Positions 50,014-59,430 of a stretch of 64,000 nt of DNA are shown here, one piece after another. The position numbers and the translations under genes were made by a program. How positions within the stretch are numbered: position 1 is the first letter of the stretch; every line of letters begins with the position of its first letter. This DNA comes from Candidatus Saccharimonadia bacterium (GTDB lineage: Bacteria; Patescibacteriota; Saccharimonadia; UBA4664). The stretch covers positions 521 to 64,520 of the forward strand of contig JBGTMQ010000021.1 of the NCBI GenBank assembly GCA_041743505.1, read 5' to 3'. Under the pieces are notes generated by a model that saw only the letters and a program-made list of their open reading frames with translations, searched no databases and had not been told where the DNA came from.

Positions 50014-50388
50014 ATGGATACACACCTCCAAGAGCTAGAAAACTTCATGAAAGACTACGAGCAGGCTAACAACAGTCACATCTTTACGAATGTTGCGCCA
50101 TTTATTGCTCCAAATGGAAATTATTGGTTTACGGATGGGTCGTATGCTGGCATTGATGAAATAAGAGATGCAATACAGGCTACCTTCGATAAGATCCAAG
50201 ATGAGCTATATCAGATATCGAATGTGAATTGGCCGGTTATATCGGATACTGCAGCGGCCTGCACGTATAGGTTCTCCTGGGAAGGAACTGTTGATGGCGT
50301 ACATGCTTCTGGCAGCGGCCGCGGCACCAACGTGCTAGAAAAGCGCGATGGATCGTGGAAGATTGTGCACGAGCATCTTAGCCGGTAG
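50014..50388 (+). CDS. SnoaL/NTF2-like (DUF4440) protein
   Basis: GRGTNVL...WKIVHEHLS. Confidence 0.85.
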   Translation: MDTHLQELENFMKDYEQANNSHIFTNVAPFIAPNGNYWFTDGSYAGIDEIRDAIQATFDKIQDELYQISNVNWPVISDTAAACTYRFSWEGTVDGVHASGSGRGTNVLEKRDGSWKIVHEHLSR

Positions 50389-50403
50389 CCGCAGAGCTCG
50401 CTC

Positions 50404-51000
50404 CTATTGAAGCAGCGCCTTCCTTAACTCCTGAAGTGAACTAAGTGGAGACCTCCTGATGAAGCTAAGGGCGAAGAACAAGGATGTTATATGCATGCTT
50501 TGATACATAACGCCGGGTTCCGGGTTTTCCATGCTCTCTATGAGCTTATTGAGCGCAATTTTCTCGATAACTAGGCTTTCGCCCGCCTCAAGCTGTTGCT
50601 CTTGGCTGCAATTGCCGCCAATGGCCAGGAACGAATAGACTTTGTTGGTTTGGCTGCCGGGGTTGGGATAACTCACGCCCGTCTGATAGATTTCTCCGCC
50701 TACGTAGCCGATTTCTTCTTCTAGCTCACGCTTAATTCCTACTGTGGGCGAGGGGTCATGTTTTTCGATGCCGCCGCTGACGAATTCGAGGAGGAAATCA
50801 TTTATGGGGTAGCGGTAGTGCCGAACCATAATGAGGTTATTCTCGGAGTCGATAACGACACAATTGGCCCAGTCGTTGTATTCCGACACATAATAAGTGT
50901 CCACGACTCCTCCGGCGGGAGTAACGCATGAGTCTGCCCGAAGCCTGAGCCATTTGTCGTCTACGATGGTCTTTGTGCTGGTTGTTTTCCATTTTTCCAT
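50404..51000 (-). CDS. NUDIX hydrolase
   Basis: HYRYP, GGIE...RELEEEIGY, YPNPG. Confidence 0.88.
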   Translation of the reverse strand: MEKWKTTSTKTIVDDKWLRLRADSCVTPAGGVVDTYYVSEYNDWANCVVIDSENNLIMVRHYRYPINDFLLEFVSGGIEKHDPSPTVGIKRELEEEIGYVGGEIYQTGVSYPNPGSQTNKVYSFLAIGGNCSQEQQLEAGESLVIEKIALNKLIESMENPEPGVMYQSMHITSLFFALSFIRRSPLSSLQELRKALLQ

Positions 51001-51054
51001 ATACATCTCTTTCAGATTAAATCGCATACGAGCAAGAGGTTCGATTGTGTTAGT

Positions 51055-51192
51055 GGTCTACCTCTCCCCTGTCTTCTCATCCTAAGGCCATCCCAAAAAC
51101 CGTCAAGGTCGTTCCAGCTTTTAAGAGCGGGGCTCCACCTTGACGGCTTTCGTGCTGACCTTGGCCCTGGAGCCAGGGGCAGGAGGTCGACC
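51055..51192. promoter_or_regulatory. Long imperfect hairpin, candidate single-strand promoter/origin (Frpo/ssi-like)
   Basis: The arms pair over about 55 nt; perfect core CCGTCAAGGT (51100-51109) / ACCTTGACGG (51137-51146) contains TTGACG. Confidence 0.55.
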
Positions 51193-51221
51193 TGCTCGAA
51201 AGAGTAAATGAGGAGGTTGGT

Positions 51222-51536
51222 ATGGAAATTGAACACGCGAGCAAGATTAGTGAGCTGAATGATGCGTTTCGGACGACTGGCCAGGGAGTGACTATTACGT
51301 CTGGTGTCCAGGCGCTGGATGACTTGTATGGCCTGCTGGAGCAGGTGCGGAACTTTGACGAATGGTGGGACGATAGTGATCCCTACGGCGAACATGACTT
51401 TGGTAAATTCATGTGGGGCACGGAGAGGATCTTCTGGAAGATCGATTACTACAATAAGGGTTTGTGTTACTGGGAGGACCCGTTGTCGCCGCGTTGCCAG
51501 CGAATTATGACCGTCATGCTGGCAAGTGAGTATTAG
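51222..51536 (+). CDS. DUF3768 family protein
   Basis: LNDAFR, DPYGEHDFG, FWKIDYY, R.MTVMLASEY. Confidence 0.9.
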   Translation: MEIEHASKISELNDAFRTTGQGVTITSGVQALDDLYGLLEQVRNFDEWWDDSDPYGEHDFGKFMWGTERIFWKIDYYNKGLCYWEDPLSPRCQRIMTVMLASEY

Positions 51537-51554
51537 AAAGGAGGCTCGGAGTCT

Positions 51555-52340
51555 TTACGACTGCCGGGCCTCCTTTTTTGCGTCGAGGATTTGGCTAATT
51601 TGCTTCTGCATAATCACTTCAATCACGAGTTCGTCTTCATACGAGTCCTCGATTTCAGTTTCCGTGAACTTGGACAGCTTGTATTGCATGTTCTGCGTGC
51701 TGCAAATAAACAGAATTACCGGCAGCTCTGAGCCGGTGGCGTCCTCCCAGTCCCCTTCTTCGGCATACTTGATGTATTGCTTGATGCGCTTCATCGCCAC
51801 AAAGAATGGCTGTGCGTCGTCCATCATATCTAGTATGAAATGCCTTTCATTGCCGGCAGCGTCCAAACGCAGATATGCATCAGGCATCGGTTTGGGGAAA
51901 TACTCAAAATTTGAAAGCTCGCTCTTGGTGAAATACCGCAGGCGATCCCCGTATTGTGCCTTAAGCTGGCAATAGAGGCGGAATACGACTAGCCGATGGC
52001 GGATGAAGCGATCTGAAGCAGTTTTGTCCTTATAGGCGCTGTGAAGCACGGTGGGGTCGTATTTTTTCTCCGGCAGGCTCTTAAGCGCTCGTATGCCCTT
52101 TGGCAGCAAGTGAAAAGACGCGTGCTGTCCTAGCAAATGATAGTCCGGCCGATATTTGCGGCCAATGTACTCTTGGACCAGCAGTGTCTTTAGGCGGCGG
52201 TTCATTTCACTTTTATCTTTTTTGCCTAGGCTCTTAGCGAGTAGGTCCGTGGTTGCGAAGCGAAAGCGATAGATTAAATGAAGTATGGAGATTTGTTTGT
52301 CATTGAGTGACTTATGGGATGTGGGCTGATGTGTACTCAT
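51555..52340 (-). CDS. Replication-relaxation family protein (putative relaxase)
   Basis: N-terminal wHTH (LIYRFRFAT..L), FIRH.L, PDAYL; ICE context. Confidence 0.7.
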   Translation of the reverse strand: MSTHQPTSHKSLNDKQISILHLIYRFRFATTDLLAKSLGKKDKSEMNRRLKTLLVQEYIGRKYRPDYHLLGQHASFHLLPKGIRALKSLPEKKYDPTVLHSAYKDKTASDRFIRHRLVVFRLYCQLKAQYGDRLRYFTKSELSNFEYFPKPMPDAYLRLDAAGNERHFILDMMDDAQPFFVAMKRIKQYIKYAEEGDWEDATGSELPVILFICSTQNMQYKLSKFTETEIEDSYEDELVIEVIMQKQISQILDAKKEARQS

Positions 52341-52440
52341 AGCGTCTCCAGTATATAGGTATAAATATTAAGGAGACTAATACATCTCGATTGTAGGCTG
52401 AATCATAAATCTTATAGATCTTTGCGAAAAGGCCTATAAG

Positions 52441-53658
52441 CTATTTTGTCGCGCGCCGTAAAAGTACTACGCCTAATCCGGCCGCGATCACCGAGGTCAA
52501 TAAGATGCTCAGCTTTGCAGCGGCGTGCAGCCCAAACTCCGCATCGAACGAGAGGTCCGCTACGAATAAAGCTACGGTGAAGCCAATGCCCGCAACGCTG
52601 GAGACGCCAAGCATTTGACTCCAATTAGCACCCTTTGGCAGCCGGGCAATCCCCAGGCGAATCAATAGCCAGGAAGTGCCCGTAATTCCGACGATTTTGC
52701 CGACTAGCAATCCCCCGAATATTCCTAGTCCAACTGTGACCGCCGCAGGCTCATTAAATGGAACTCCGGCTAGTGTAACGCCAGCGTTCGCTAGCGCAAA
52801 CAAGGGGATTATGACGAAGGTGGCGACCGGGAAGAGTAATCTTTCTAGCCGCTCCCCAACCGATAGGCCGCCGAGACCACCGGCCGCAACGGGTGCGAAC
52901 AAGCCGATAATAGCCCCGGCGATGCTAGCCTGCACGCCAGCCATATGAAGGCAATACCAGAGCGCCGCCGTGAGGATGAGAAAGATTGGTACGCCCACCC
53001 GAGTGAATCGTTTTAGCCATAGGGCCAGACCGATCACTCCAAACGCACCTAGCAGGGGCAGCATTGTTAGACTGCCTGAATAAAACACTCCTATGACGAA
53101 GATCGCGCCAATATCATCGACAATAGCTAGGACGAGCAAGAACAGCTTCAGCGAATACGGAACCCGGCTGCCGAGGGCTGCCAATACGGCGGAGGCAAAT
53201 ACGATGTCGGTTGCCATGGGGATGGCCCAGCCATGACTGCCGGCGCCGGTTAGATTGAATTTGAGATAGATAAGCGCAGGGACGATCATGCCGCCGATTG
53301 CGGCCAGGGTTGGCAAAAGAGCTGTGCGTGCGCCGCGTAATTCGCCCCTCACAAATTCACGCTTAATCTCTAAACCGACCACTAGAAAGAAAATGGTCAT
53401 GAAGCCTTCGTTGATGAGATGGCGCCAACCCGACCAGGCAGCCTCATAGCCGCCAAGCAACGATGTATTGGCCCATAGCAGTGCTAGGACGGTAGCCACA
53501 AGGAGAGCTACCCCACCGGCGGCTTCGGCTACTATGAAGTCCCGAAATGGCCACGGGAGGAACCGGCGAATATGAAAGAGAACCGCTACTCGGTGGTCAT
53601 TTGGCTTATGCAAGACTGGCTCCGCTTTTAGAAAGGTCGACCAGACTTCCCGACGCAC
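52441..53658 (-). CDS. nhaA: Na+/H+ antiporter NhaA
   Basis: FF..VGLEIKRE, GWAIPMATD, LAIVDDIGAI, PLFALANAG, GIGFT. Confidence 0.93.
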   Translation of the reverse strand: MRREVWSTFLKAEPVLHKPNDHRVAVLFHIRRFLPWPFRDFIVAEAAGGVALLVATVLALLWANTSLLGGYEAAWSGWRHLINEGFMTIFFLVVGLEIKREFVRGELRGARTALLPTLAAIGGMIVPALIYLKFNLTGAGSHGWAIPMATDIVFASAVLAALGSRVPYSLKLFLLVLAIVDDIGAIFVIGVFYSGSLTMLPLLGAFGVIGLALWLKRFTRVGVPIFLILTAALWYCLHMAGVQASIAGAIIGLFAPVAAGGLGGLSVGERLERLLFPVATFVIIPLFALANAGVTLAGVPFNEPAAVTVGLGIFGGLLVGKIVGITGTSWLLIRLGIARLPKGANWSQMLGVSSVAGIGFTVALFVADLSFDAEFGLHAAAKLSILLTSVIAAGLGVVLLRRATK

Positions 53659-53751
53659 CTAGAAGCTATTGATTGAGGCGTTATCGCCCCGATATATGCT
53701 TTATTTTAGCACAATTGCCTTGCCTGAAATCGAAGGTAAATCCCTTGCCTC

Positions 53752-53789
53752 TATACCTATAGATATAGTAAACTATATTCATAGGTATA
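53752..53789. promoter_or_regulatory. Near-perfect 38-bp palindrome overlapping the integrase-operon promoter
   Basis: TATACCTAT-ag-ATATAGT-aa-ACTATAT-tc-ATAGGTATA, overlapping TATAAT. Confidence 0.6.
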
Positions 53790-53811
53790 ATAATGCTACG
53801 CGGGGGGCGAT

Positions 53812-53976
53812 ATGGGGCGCACAAAGGGCTCAAAGAATAAGAGCGAACTGGTGAGGCCTACGACCTCCGCTCTGACCTCGGAGGGCAGAATTCAATTTCT
53901 AGCAAACCTCATGATTGATCGGGTACTTGGCGACCCAGGCGATCCAAGTAAGAAGGCGGAGGCCTACGATGAATGA
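53812..53976 (+). CDS. 54-aa basic protein upstream of the integrase (AT-hook-like start; candidate directionality factor)
   Basis: MGRTKGSKNK...RIQFLANLMIDRV...; its stop overlaps the integrase start; below the ORF-track size cutoff. Confidence 0.6.
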   Translation: MGRTKGSKNKSELVRPTTSALTSEGRIQFLANLMIDRVLGDPGDPSKKAEAYDE

Positions 53977-55711
53977 TTTCCCGCCAAAGGAAAATGGTGT
54001 TGCAGCAATCCGCGTGTCTTCCGTCAAGCAAGGTACTGAGGGCGACTCGCCGGAGGCTCAAAAAGAGCAAATGGCGCAGTTTTTTATGTCTCAAAATCTC
54101 AATCTGAAGAAAGTGTTTATCTTTTTGGAGTCGGCTTCGAAGGACGAGCAGCCGATGCAGGAGGCCATCGACTACTGCAAGGACCCCAAGAACGATATTC
54201 AAGTTTTTGTCATAAAATCGATCGACCGTTTCACTAGGGGTGGCTCCTACTCTTATGATTTCCTTAAGATGCAGCTTGAACGATACAACGTAAAGCTCGT
54301 CGATATATACGGCATAATTAGTTCGCAAAAGATCAACACTTTGGCCCATTTAGGTGTCGAGTATAAGTGGAGTGTGTTTTCCCCCTCTAAGAAGTCCGAA
54401 ATACTTGAGGCTGAGCGTGCTAAAGACGAGATGCGCGATATTATGAGCCGCATGATCGGTGCAGAGATCCGCTACGCCCGTATGGGGTACTGGATACGCA
54501 GAGCGCCCTACGGCTTTGACACGGATAAGCTAGAGACATCGAATGGTAAACGCTGCATTCTGAGGCCAAATGCCTCAGAGGCGCCGTTTGTTATTAAAAT
54601 GTTTGAGCTGAGAGCCCGGGGCACCTTAACGGATGAGCAAATAGTCGAGGAAATCAACCGGCTCGGATATAAATCCAGACTCAAGAAAAAGCGAGATAAG
54701 CACGACAAGACTACGATTGTCGGGCAAACGGGCGGAAATGAGCTTAACCTGAAGCACTTCCTTAAGTTTGTTCAGTACCCCATATACGCCGGCATAAATA
54801 CGGAGAAATGGACACAAGGAAAGGCGACAAAATGTAAGTTTGAGGGTCTCGTCTCGATTGATCTCTTCAACGCCGCAAATAAAGGCAAGCTGACAATCGT
54901 GGAGGAGAACGGTGAAGTGGCGCTCTATAGAATAAGGCCGCCAGAGTACCGCATAACCAAGGGTGTAAAAAATCCCGAGTTCCCTTATAAGAAATATGTC
55001 ATGTGCCCGACCTGCGAAAAGCCCCTTTATGGGAGCGCATCCAAGGGTAGATTAGGCAAGTACTATCCTGCCTATCATTGTAATAGCCGCGGTCACTACT
55101 TTAGGGTGCCATCCAGAGACTTCGAAGAAACGATTACTAAGTTCGTGAAAAATCTTCAAGTCTCGCCGGAATATATTGATGCACTCGTGGAGGCCGTCGT
55201 AACGGAATGGGAGAAGCGTGAAAAGGAACTTCATAAGGACGACGTAAATATTGATGCCCGCATTGCTGAGCTGAAGGCTCAGGCGCGAATGACGGCCGAT
55301 AAAATTCGCTTTCTGAATTCAGAAGTAGCGATTAAGTATATTGAAGAAGACTTGCTAAAAATAGAGGGGCAAATTGCTATGCTGATTGCAGAAAAAGCTA
55401 ACGCGACGGTTCAAGAACCCATAAATATAAGGGTCATTATGGAGAAGGTAAAATATTTTCTGGAACACCTAGATGAACTGCTACTCTACCAGATCAATCC
55501 ACTCGCAAAAGCAGCTTATTTTGGGGTTATTTGGGACAAGGCTCCAACGTACCAGGAAATACTTTCTGGAACCCAAGATTTATCCCTCTGCGAAGGGCTA
55601 AATGAAGTGTTTAAACTTAAGAATATGGAAAATGATTCAATGGTGGGCCATCAGGGACTCGAACCCTGGACACGGAGATTAAGAGTCTCCTGCTCTAACC
55701 AACTGAGCTAA
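53969..55711 (+). CDS. Large serine recombinase (ICE integrase)
   Basis: IRVSS..Q..GDSPEAQ catalytic Ser, SIDRFTR, recombinase domain, CPTC..YHC Zn ribbon, coiled coil; GGAGG SD before ATG 53969; the last 23 codons lie antisense to tRNA-Lys. Confidence 0.92.
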   Translation: MNDFPPKENGVAAIRVSSVKQGTEGDSPEAQKEQMAQFFMSQNLNLKKVFIFLESASKDEQPMQEAIDYCKDPKNDIQVFVIKSIDRFTRGGSYSYDFLKMQLERYNVKLVDIYGIISSQKINTLAHLGVEYKWSVFSPSKKSEILEAERAKDEMRDIMSRMIGAEIRYARMGYWIRRAPYGFDTDKLETSNGKRCILRPNASEAPFVIKMFELRARGTLTDEQIVEEINRLGYKSRLKKKRDKHDKTTIVGQTGGNELNLKHFLKFVQYPIYAGINTEKWTQGKATKCKFEGLVSIDLFNAANKGKLTIVEENGEVALYRIRPPEYRITKGVKNPEFPYKKYVMCPTCEKPLYGSASKGRLGKYYPAYHCNSRGHYFRVPSRDFEETITKFVKNLQVSPEYIDALVEAVVTEWEKREKELHKDDVNIDARIAELKAQARMTADKIRFLNSEVAIKYIEEDLLKIEGQIAMLIAEKANATVQEPINIRVIMEKVKYFLEHLDELLLYQINPLAKAAYFGVIWDKAPTYQEILSGTQDLSLCEGLNEVFKLKNMENDSMVGHQGLEPWTRRLRVSCSNQLS

Positions 55712-55717
55712 TGGCCC
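55641..55717 (-). tRNA. tRNA-Lys(CTT)
   Basis: GGGCCAT..TAGCTCAGTTGG..GGAGA-CTCTTAA-TCTCC..GTTCGAGTC..ATGGCCC-ACCA cloverleaf. Confidence 0.97.
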
Positions 55718-55734
55718 GCATGATTGTAAACGCC

Positions 55735-55810
55735 TGGTGCGCCCGGAGGGACTCGAACCCCCGACACCGTGGTCCGAAGCCACGTGCTCTATCCACTGAG
55801 CTACGAGCGC
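55735..55810 (-). tRNA. tRNA-Arg(TCG)
   Basis: GCGCTCG..TAGCTCAGTGG..CGTGG-CTTCGGA-CCACG..GTTCGAGTC..CGGGCGC-ACCA. Confidence 0.95.
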
Positions 55811-55865
55811 ACGTAGCGGATTTCCGGCGCAACTTAGCTTTTATAGCACAAACTAAGCGGGTTGA

Positions 55866-56855
55866 CTAGACAGGTGCGCCGCTTGTTGGTGGCGGACCGG
55901 TTTTTTTGTGCCAGCCCGGGAAATGCTCGTCGAGATAGTGGCGCATAATGAGGGCGGCGCTGACGCCTTCGCCAACGGCGCTGCCGATTTGCCAGGTTGA
56001 GCCACTGCGAACGTCGCCGGCGACGAACACACCGGGCAGGTTGGTTTGAAACGAGTTGTCGGACAGGACGAAGCCCCGGTCGTCGGCGGCTACGCCGTTT
56101 AGGCCGTGAGTGTTGGGCAACAGGCCGATGAACACAAACACCCCATCGGTTTCAAGCCGGTTAGTCGTGTCGCCGGTTTGTTGTTCGATGAGGATGGGTG
56201 ATGCGGGACTCGTTCGTGCTAGACGATTGACCTTGGTATTGTAGTGCACGCGGATATGTTTTTCCGCGGCGACTGCCCGCTCTAGAATGTCGCTGCCGTT
56301 AAATGCTTCGCCCCTGACTAGGATATCGACGGAGGAAGCGAAGTGAGCCAGGAACAAGCTCTCCTGCAGAGCGGAATTACCGCCGCCGATGACTGCTAGG
56401 CGTTTGTTTCTGTAGAGGGGGCCGTCGCAGGTGGCACAGTAATGGACGCCCCGGCCAATCAGCTCGGCTTCGCCGGGCACACCAAGCCGGCGGTACGTGG
56501 AGCCAGTGGTTATGAGAGCGGCTCTAGCCTGAATGACGGTATCACCAACTTCAATAGAGACCGCTTTATCTTTTGTGGAAATGCCCGTAACTTCATGAAA
56601 GGGTGCTAAGGCTGCGCCGAAACGCTCGGCTTGAGCAGTCATTTCGTCAGTTAGCGCCAGGCCGCCAACGCCTTTACTGAAGCCTGGGTAGTTATCGATG
56701 GTCTCGGTGATAGCGGCCATACCGCCGAAGGCGGTTTTATCCAGTACCAACGTTTTCATACCCTCGCGAGCCGTGTAAACGGCTGCGGATAGCCCGGCCG
56801 GACCGCCGCCGATGATTACGGTGTCGTATTTTTGTTGTAGTACATCCTCTGCCAT
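55866..56855 (-). CDS. trxB: Thioredoxin reductase
   Basis: GGGPAG, CATCDG, GGGNSA, VFVAGDV. Confidence 0.93.
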   Translation of the reverse strand: MAEDVLQQKYDTVIIGGGPAGLSAAVYTAREGMKTLVLDKTAFGGMAAITETIDNYPGFSKGVGGLALTDEMTAQAERFGAALAPFHEVTGISTKDKAVSIEVGDTVIQARAALITTGSTYRRLGVPGEAELIGRGVHYCATCDGPLYRNKRLAVIGGGNSALQESLFLAHFASSVDILVRGEAFNGSDILERAVAAEKHIRVHYNTKVNRLARTSPASPILIEQQTGDTTNRLETDGVFVFIGLLPNTHGLNGVAADDRGFVLSDNSFQTNLPGVFVAGDVRSGSTWQIGSAVGEGVSAALIMRHYLDEHFPGWHKKTGPPPTSGAPV

Positions 56856-56860
56856 GACCG

Positions 56861-57109
56861 CTAGAGCCCAAGCACTTGCTTGAATTTGGCCTGGTCAAAG
56901 CCGAGGATTTTGGTTTGGGCGCCGGCTTTATCTTTTAGGACGGTAAATGGTACCCCAATGGCGCCGTCGTTAACGCTCATGAACTCTGCCATGGCAGCCG
57001 GGTCTTCATCAGTTACCTTATTGGTGTAGGCAATGCCTTGGCTGTCGAGCCAGGTCTTAAGCGCATGACAAAAGTTGCAGGTGGTGGTGGAGTAAATCGT
57101 AATATCCAT
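56861..57109 (-). CDS. Glutaredoxin/NrdH-like redoxin
   Basis: YSTTTCNFC, GVP, GFD. Confidence 0.9.
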   Translation of the reverse strand: MDITIYSTTTCNFCHALKTWLDSQGIAYTNKVTDEDPAAMAEFMSVNDGAIGVPFTVLKDKAGAQTKILGFDQAKFKQVLGL

Positions 57110-57146
57110 AGAAATTCCTTATAAAGTTATATTAACTACCATTGGA

Positions 57147-57896
57147 CTATTTTAGGCTTGATTCTTTGGGTAGTAATTGTTCCTCCAGCTTGGTGACATC
57201 AAATGGCAAGTGCTCAATGGCCCAGGCCTGAAACTGTTTGTCGTAGCCTAGTGCGACGGCCAGGCCAACGATGATCAGGACTATGGCTAGACTCCGACGA
57301 AACCAACCGTTGGGATTAGCTGTCCAGCCCAGTCGTTTGGTGAGCTTTTGGCCGGCCAAGGCGATGGCCAGCAGCGCTAGGCTGAGTCCGAGGGCGTAGG
57401 CCACAATGTACACCAAGCCGAGGGCTAGGTTGACGGGTAAGACGGTGGCCAGAACCAACGCATACACGGGGCTGCAGCTGGAAAAAACTGGTCCCAGGGC
57501 GGCTCCGGTGAGGATTTGACCGCCGAGGCCCGAGCGTTTGGACGCCGCGGCTAGAAACTCGTTGGAGCCTTGCTCGAACCCAATTTTGGTGCTGATGCTG
57601 ACCCATAGATTCGGGAAGAGCATGGTGATGCCTAGGAGTACGACGATGCCACCGGATAGATACAGCCAGACGTCAGGATCTACTCCGATCAAGACGGTCG
57701 AGGCTTTTAAGAGCAAGGTAAAGGCTACGACCGAGAGGCCGAGGCTTAAGGCAATGACGTAGGGCTTTTTACGGTCGAGTTTCGCATCGCCATCCGATAA
57801 TGCTGAACTGCCAACGATGACCGGCAGGAGCGGTAGTATGCACGGTGCTAGTGAGGTGAGTACTCCGGCAAGAAATGATGCGATCAGTAGGAACAT
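57147..57896 (-). CDS. CcdA/DsbD-beta-like transmembrane electron transporter
   Basis: LAPCILPLLP, FSSCSPVY, six TMs. Confidence 0.88.
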   Translation of the reverse strand: MFLLIASFLAGVLTSLAPCILPLLPVIVGSSALSDGDAKLDRKKPYVIALSLGLSVVAFTLLLKASTVLIGVDPDVWLYLSGGIVVLLGITMLFPNLWVSISTKIGFEQGSNEFLAAASKRSGLGGQILTGAALGPVFSSCSPVYALVLATVLPVNLALGLVYIVAYALGLSLALLAIALAGQKLTKRLGWTANPNGWFRRSLAIVLIIVGLAVALGYDKQFQAWAIEHLPFDVTKLEEQLLPKESSLK

Positions 57897-57935
57897 GATT
57901 TTACCCTTATCAAATTGTAGTTAGTTTTTGGTAGC

Positions 57936-58421
57936 TTAAATAGCCTGGGCTTTAAGTTCATCGTAGGTGTCGCTGCCATGCCACTTCTTTAGGAGTTTGC
58001 CATCTTTGTCGACCTGCACAAAGGTGTGCTGCATGGTAACGCCATATTTTTGCTTAATTTCCGTCGATTTGTCGTAATCAAGCTTTAGAACCGTCAAGCC
58101 GTCGGGTGCACTGGCGGCATTGAAGTTCTTATTGGCCTGCCGGCAAGTTGGACACCAGACTGCACTAAAGAACAACACGACATCGCCATTTTCGGCGTTA
58201 GCCAGCTTGGCCTGGTCATAGTCGCCAAAACTGCCTTTGGCGGCCACAGCGCCACTGTCTTTGGCCGTCTGATCTTTTTGTGTGGGCTGGTTCTGGCCGG
58301 CCGACGGGGTGTTAGAAGTTGTTTTGGGATCTGGGGATTGGTTTGAGAGAGCTAGTGCTCCGCCTCCTAGCACCACCAGTGCCAGGGCGGCAATCACGAT
58401 ATATTTCTTTGCCATGAACAT
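57936..58421 (-). CDS. Exported thioredoxin-like protein
   Basis: N-terminal TM; FFSAVWCPTC; YGVTMQHT. Confidence 0.88.
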   Translation of the reverse strand: MFMAKKYIVIAALALVVLGGGALALSNQSPDPKTTSNTPSAGQNQPTQKDQTAKDSGAVAAKGSFGDYDQAKLANAENGDVVLFFSAVWCPTCRQANKNFNAASAPDGLTVLKLDYDKSTEIKQKYGVTMQHTFVQVDKDGKLLKKWHGSDTYDELKAQAI

Positions 58422-58485
58422 AATTCCTTGTATTAATGGTACGCCTTAAAGTGTAACCTGACGACCACAATATGTCAAGTTAACT

Positions 58486-58863
58486 TTACTTTTGAATATA
58501 TTTGCCAAGCAATTTGGCGATGATCATTACTACCAGAGCCACCACCAGGAGGGTGGCATCTTCGTGACGCAGTGTCTGTATAACTACCCCAGCAGACAAC
58601 ACTATTGACCCGGCTAGAAACCCGAGGCGATCGGATGCCATTATTAACTGCGCTTCGCGTTCATCGCGGGGCTGCTCGCGCCAGATAAGCATGGCGAAGA
58701 GGGCGAAGAGGGCGACAAAAATGCCGGCTGCCAGCATTACCACCGCACCGGGCATGAACGATGCGACTAGCTTCGAGCAGAGCACAAGACAGAATACTGC
58801 CAGGCCACCGACTAATATGTCGCTCTTGCTATCATCTCGTGAGAAAAAATCTTTCATAGCCAA
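58486..58863 (-). CDS. Membrane protein (DUF2178-like, DERE motif)
   Basis: Four TMs, PRDERE; overlaps the HTH gene. Confidence 0.7.
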   Translation of the reverse strand: MAMKDFFSRDDSKSDILVGGLAVFCLVLCSKLVASFMPGAVVMLAAGIFVALFALFAMLIWREQPRDEREAQLIMASDRLGFLAGSIVLSAGVVIQTLRHEDATLLVVALVVMIIAKLLGKYIQK

Positions 58864-59066
58864 AATAGCTCTCCGATTGGTTTTTTTAATGCCTGAGCTA
58901 GCTTTAATGCAAGTAGCACGCTAGGGGTATAATTGCCTTTTTCAATTGCAATAATGGTCTGGCGTGTTACGCCAACCATATCTGCAAGTTGCGCCTGGGT
59001 CAGCCGGGCGCTTTTTCTGGTCTGCTCCACGCAGTTATTGGGTGTGTCGGTGATTTTTATAAACAT
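58854..59066 (-). CDS. XRE-family HTH regulator
   Basis: LTQAQLADMVGVTRQTIIAIEKGNYTPS..LAL. Confidence 0.92.
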   Translation of the reverse strand: MFIKITDTPNNCVEQTRKSARLTQAQLADMVGVTRQTIIAIEKGNYTPSVLLALKLAQALKKPIGELFWL

Positions 59067-59158
59067 AATGAGTTAAGTCAACTTGACATAAAGTATTATG
59101 TATCGATCGATTAGATTTGTCAATTGAGCGGTAATTAATGAAGCGTCAGTTTTTATCA

Positions 59159-59186
59159 TTTACAAATAAACATAAGCTGTTATAAT
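59159..59186 (+). promoter_or_regulatory. Sigma70-type promoter of the MFS leader
   Basis: TTTACA...TGtTATAAT (extended -10). Confidence 0.6.
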
Positions 59187-59194
59187 GGTGAACT

Positions 59195-59430
59195 ATGAAA
59201 CGATATTGTCCTAACCAGTATTCAACTCCGTCCGGCCAGATGTCTGGCGGGATTATTGTGTTTGCTGGGCTAGTCATTAGCACTCAGGGCGTATCGGACC
59301 GACTTATTTAAACCATAATTTTAGGTCACGATACGCCTCCGAACCGGAGGCGTTTTTCGTTTTAGACATTAACACCAACTGGCGTTCGGAGGCGGATCGG
59401 GGCTTAGCAGCTGCTTAAGTCCCCTGTTGT
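59195..59430 (+). promoter_or_regulatory. Probable transcription attenuator: 38-aa leader ORF (59195-59311), antiterminator and terminator (59333-59357)
   Basis: Leader MKRYCPNQ...DRLI*; terminator acgcctccg-aac-cggaggcgt-tttt; ggcgtatcggacc (59288-59300) pairs with ggtcacgatacgcc (59324-59337). Confidence 0.6.

Noticed and set aside
53915-53968. ORF-track N-terminus of the recombinase
   Set aside because: ATG 53969 has a GGAGG SD and is coupled to the upstream 54-aa ORF; the TTG extension overlaps that ORF.
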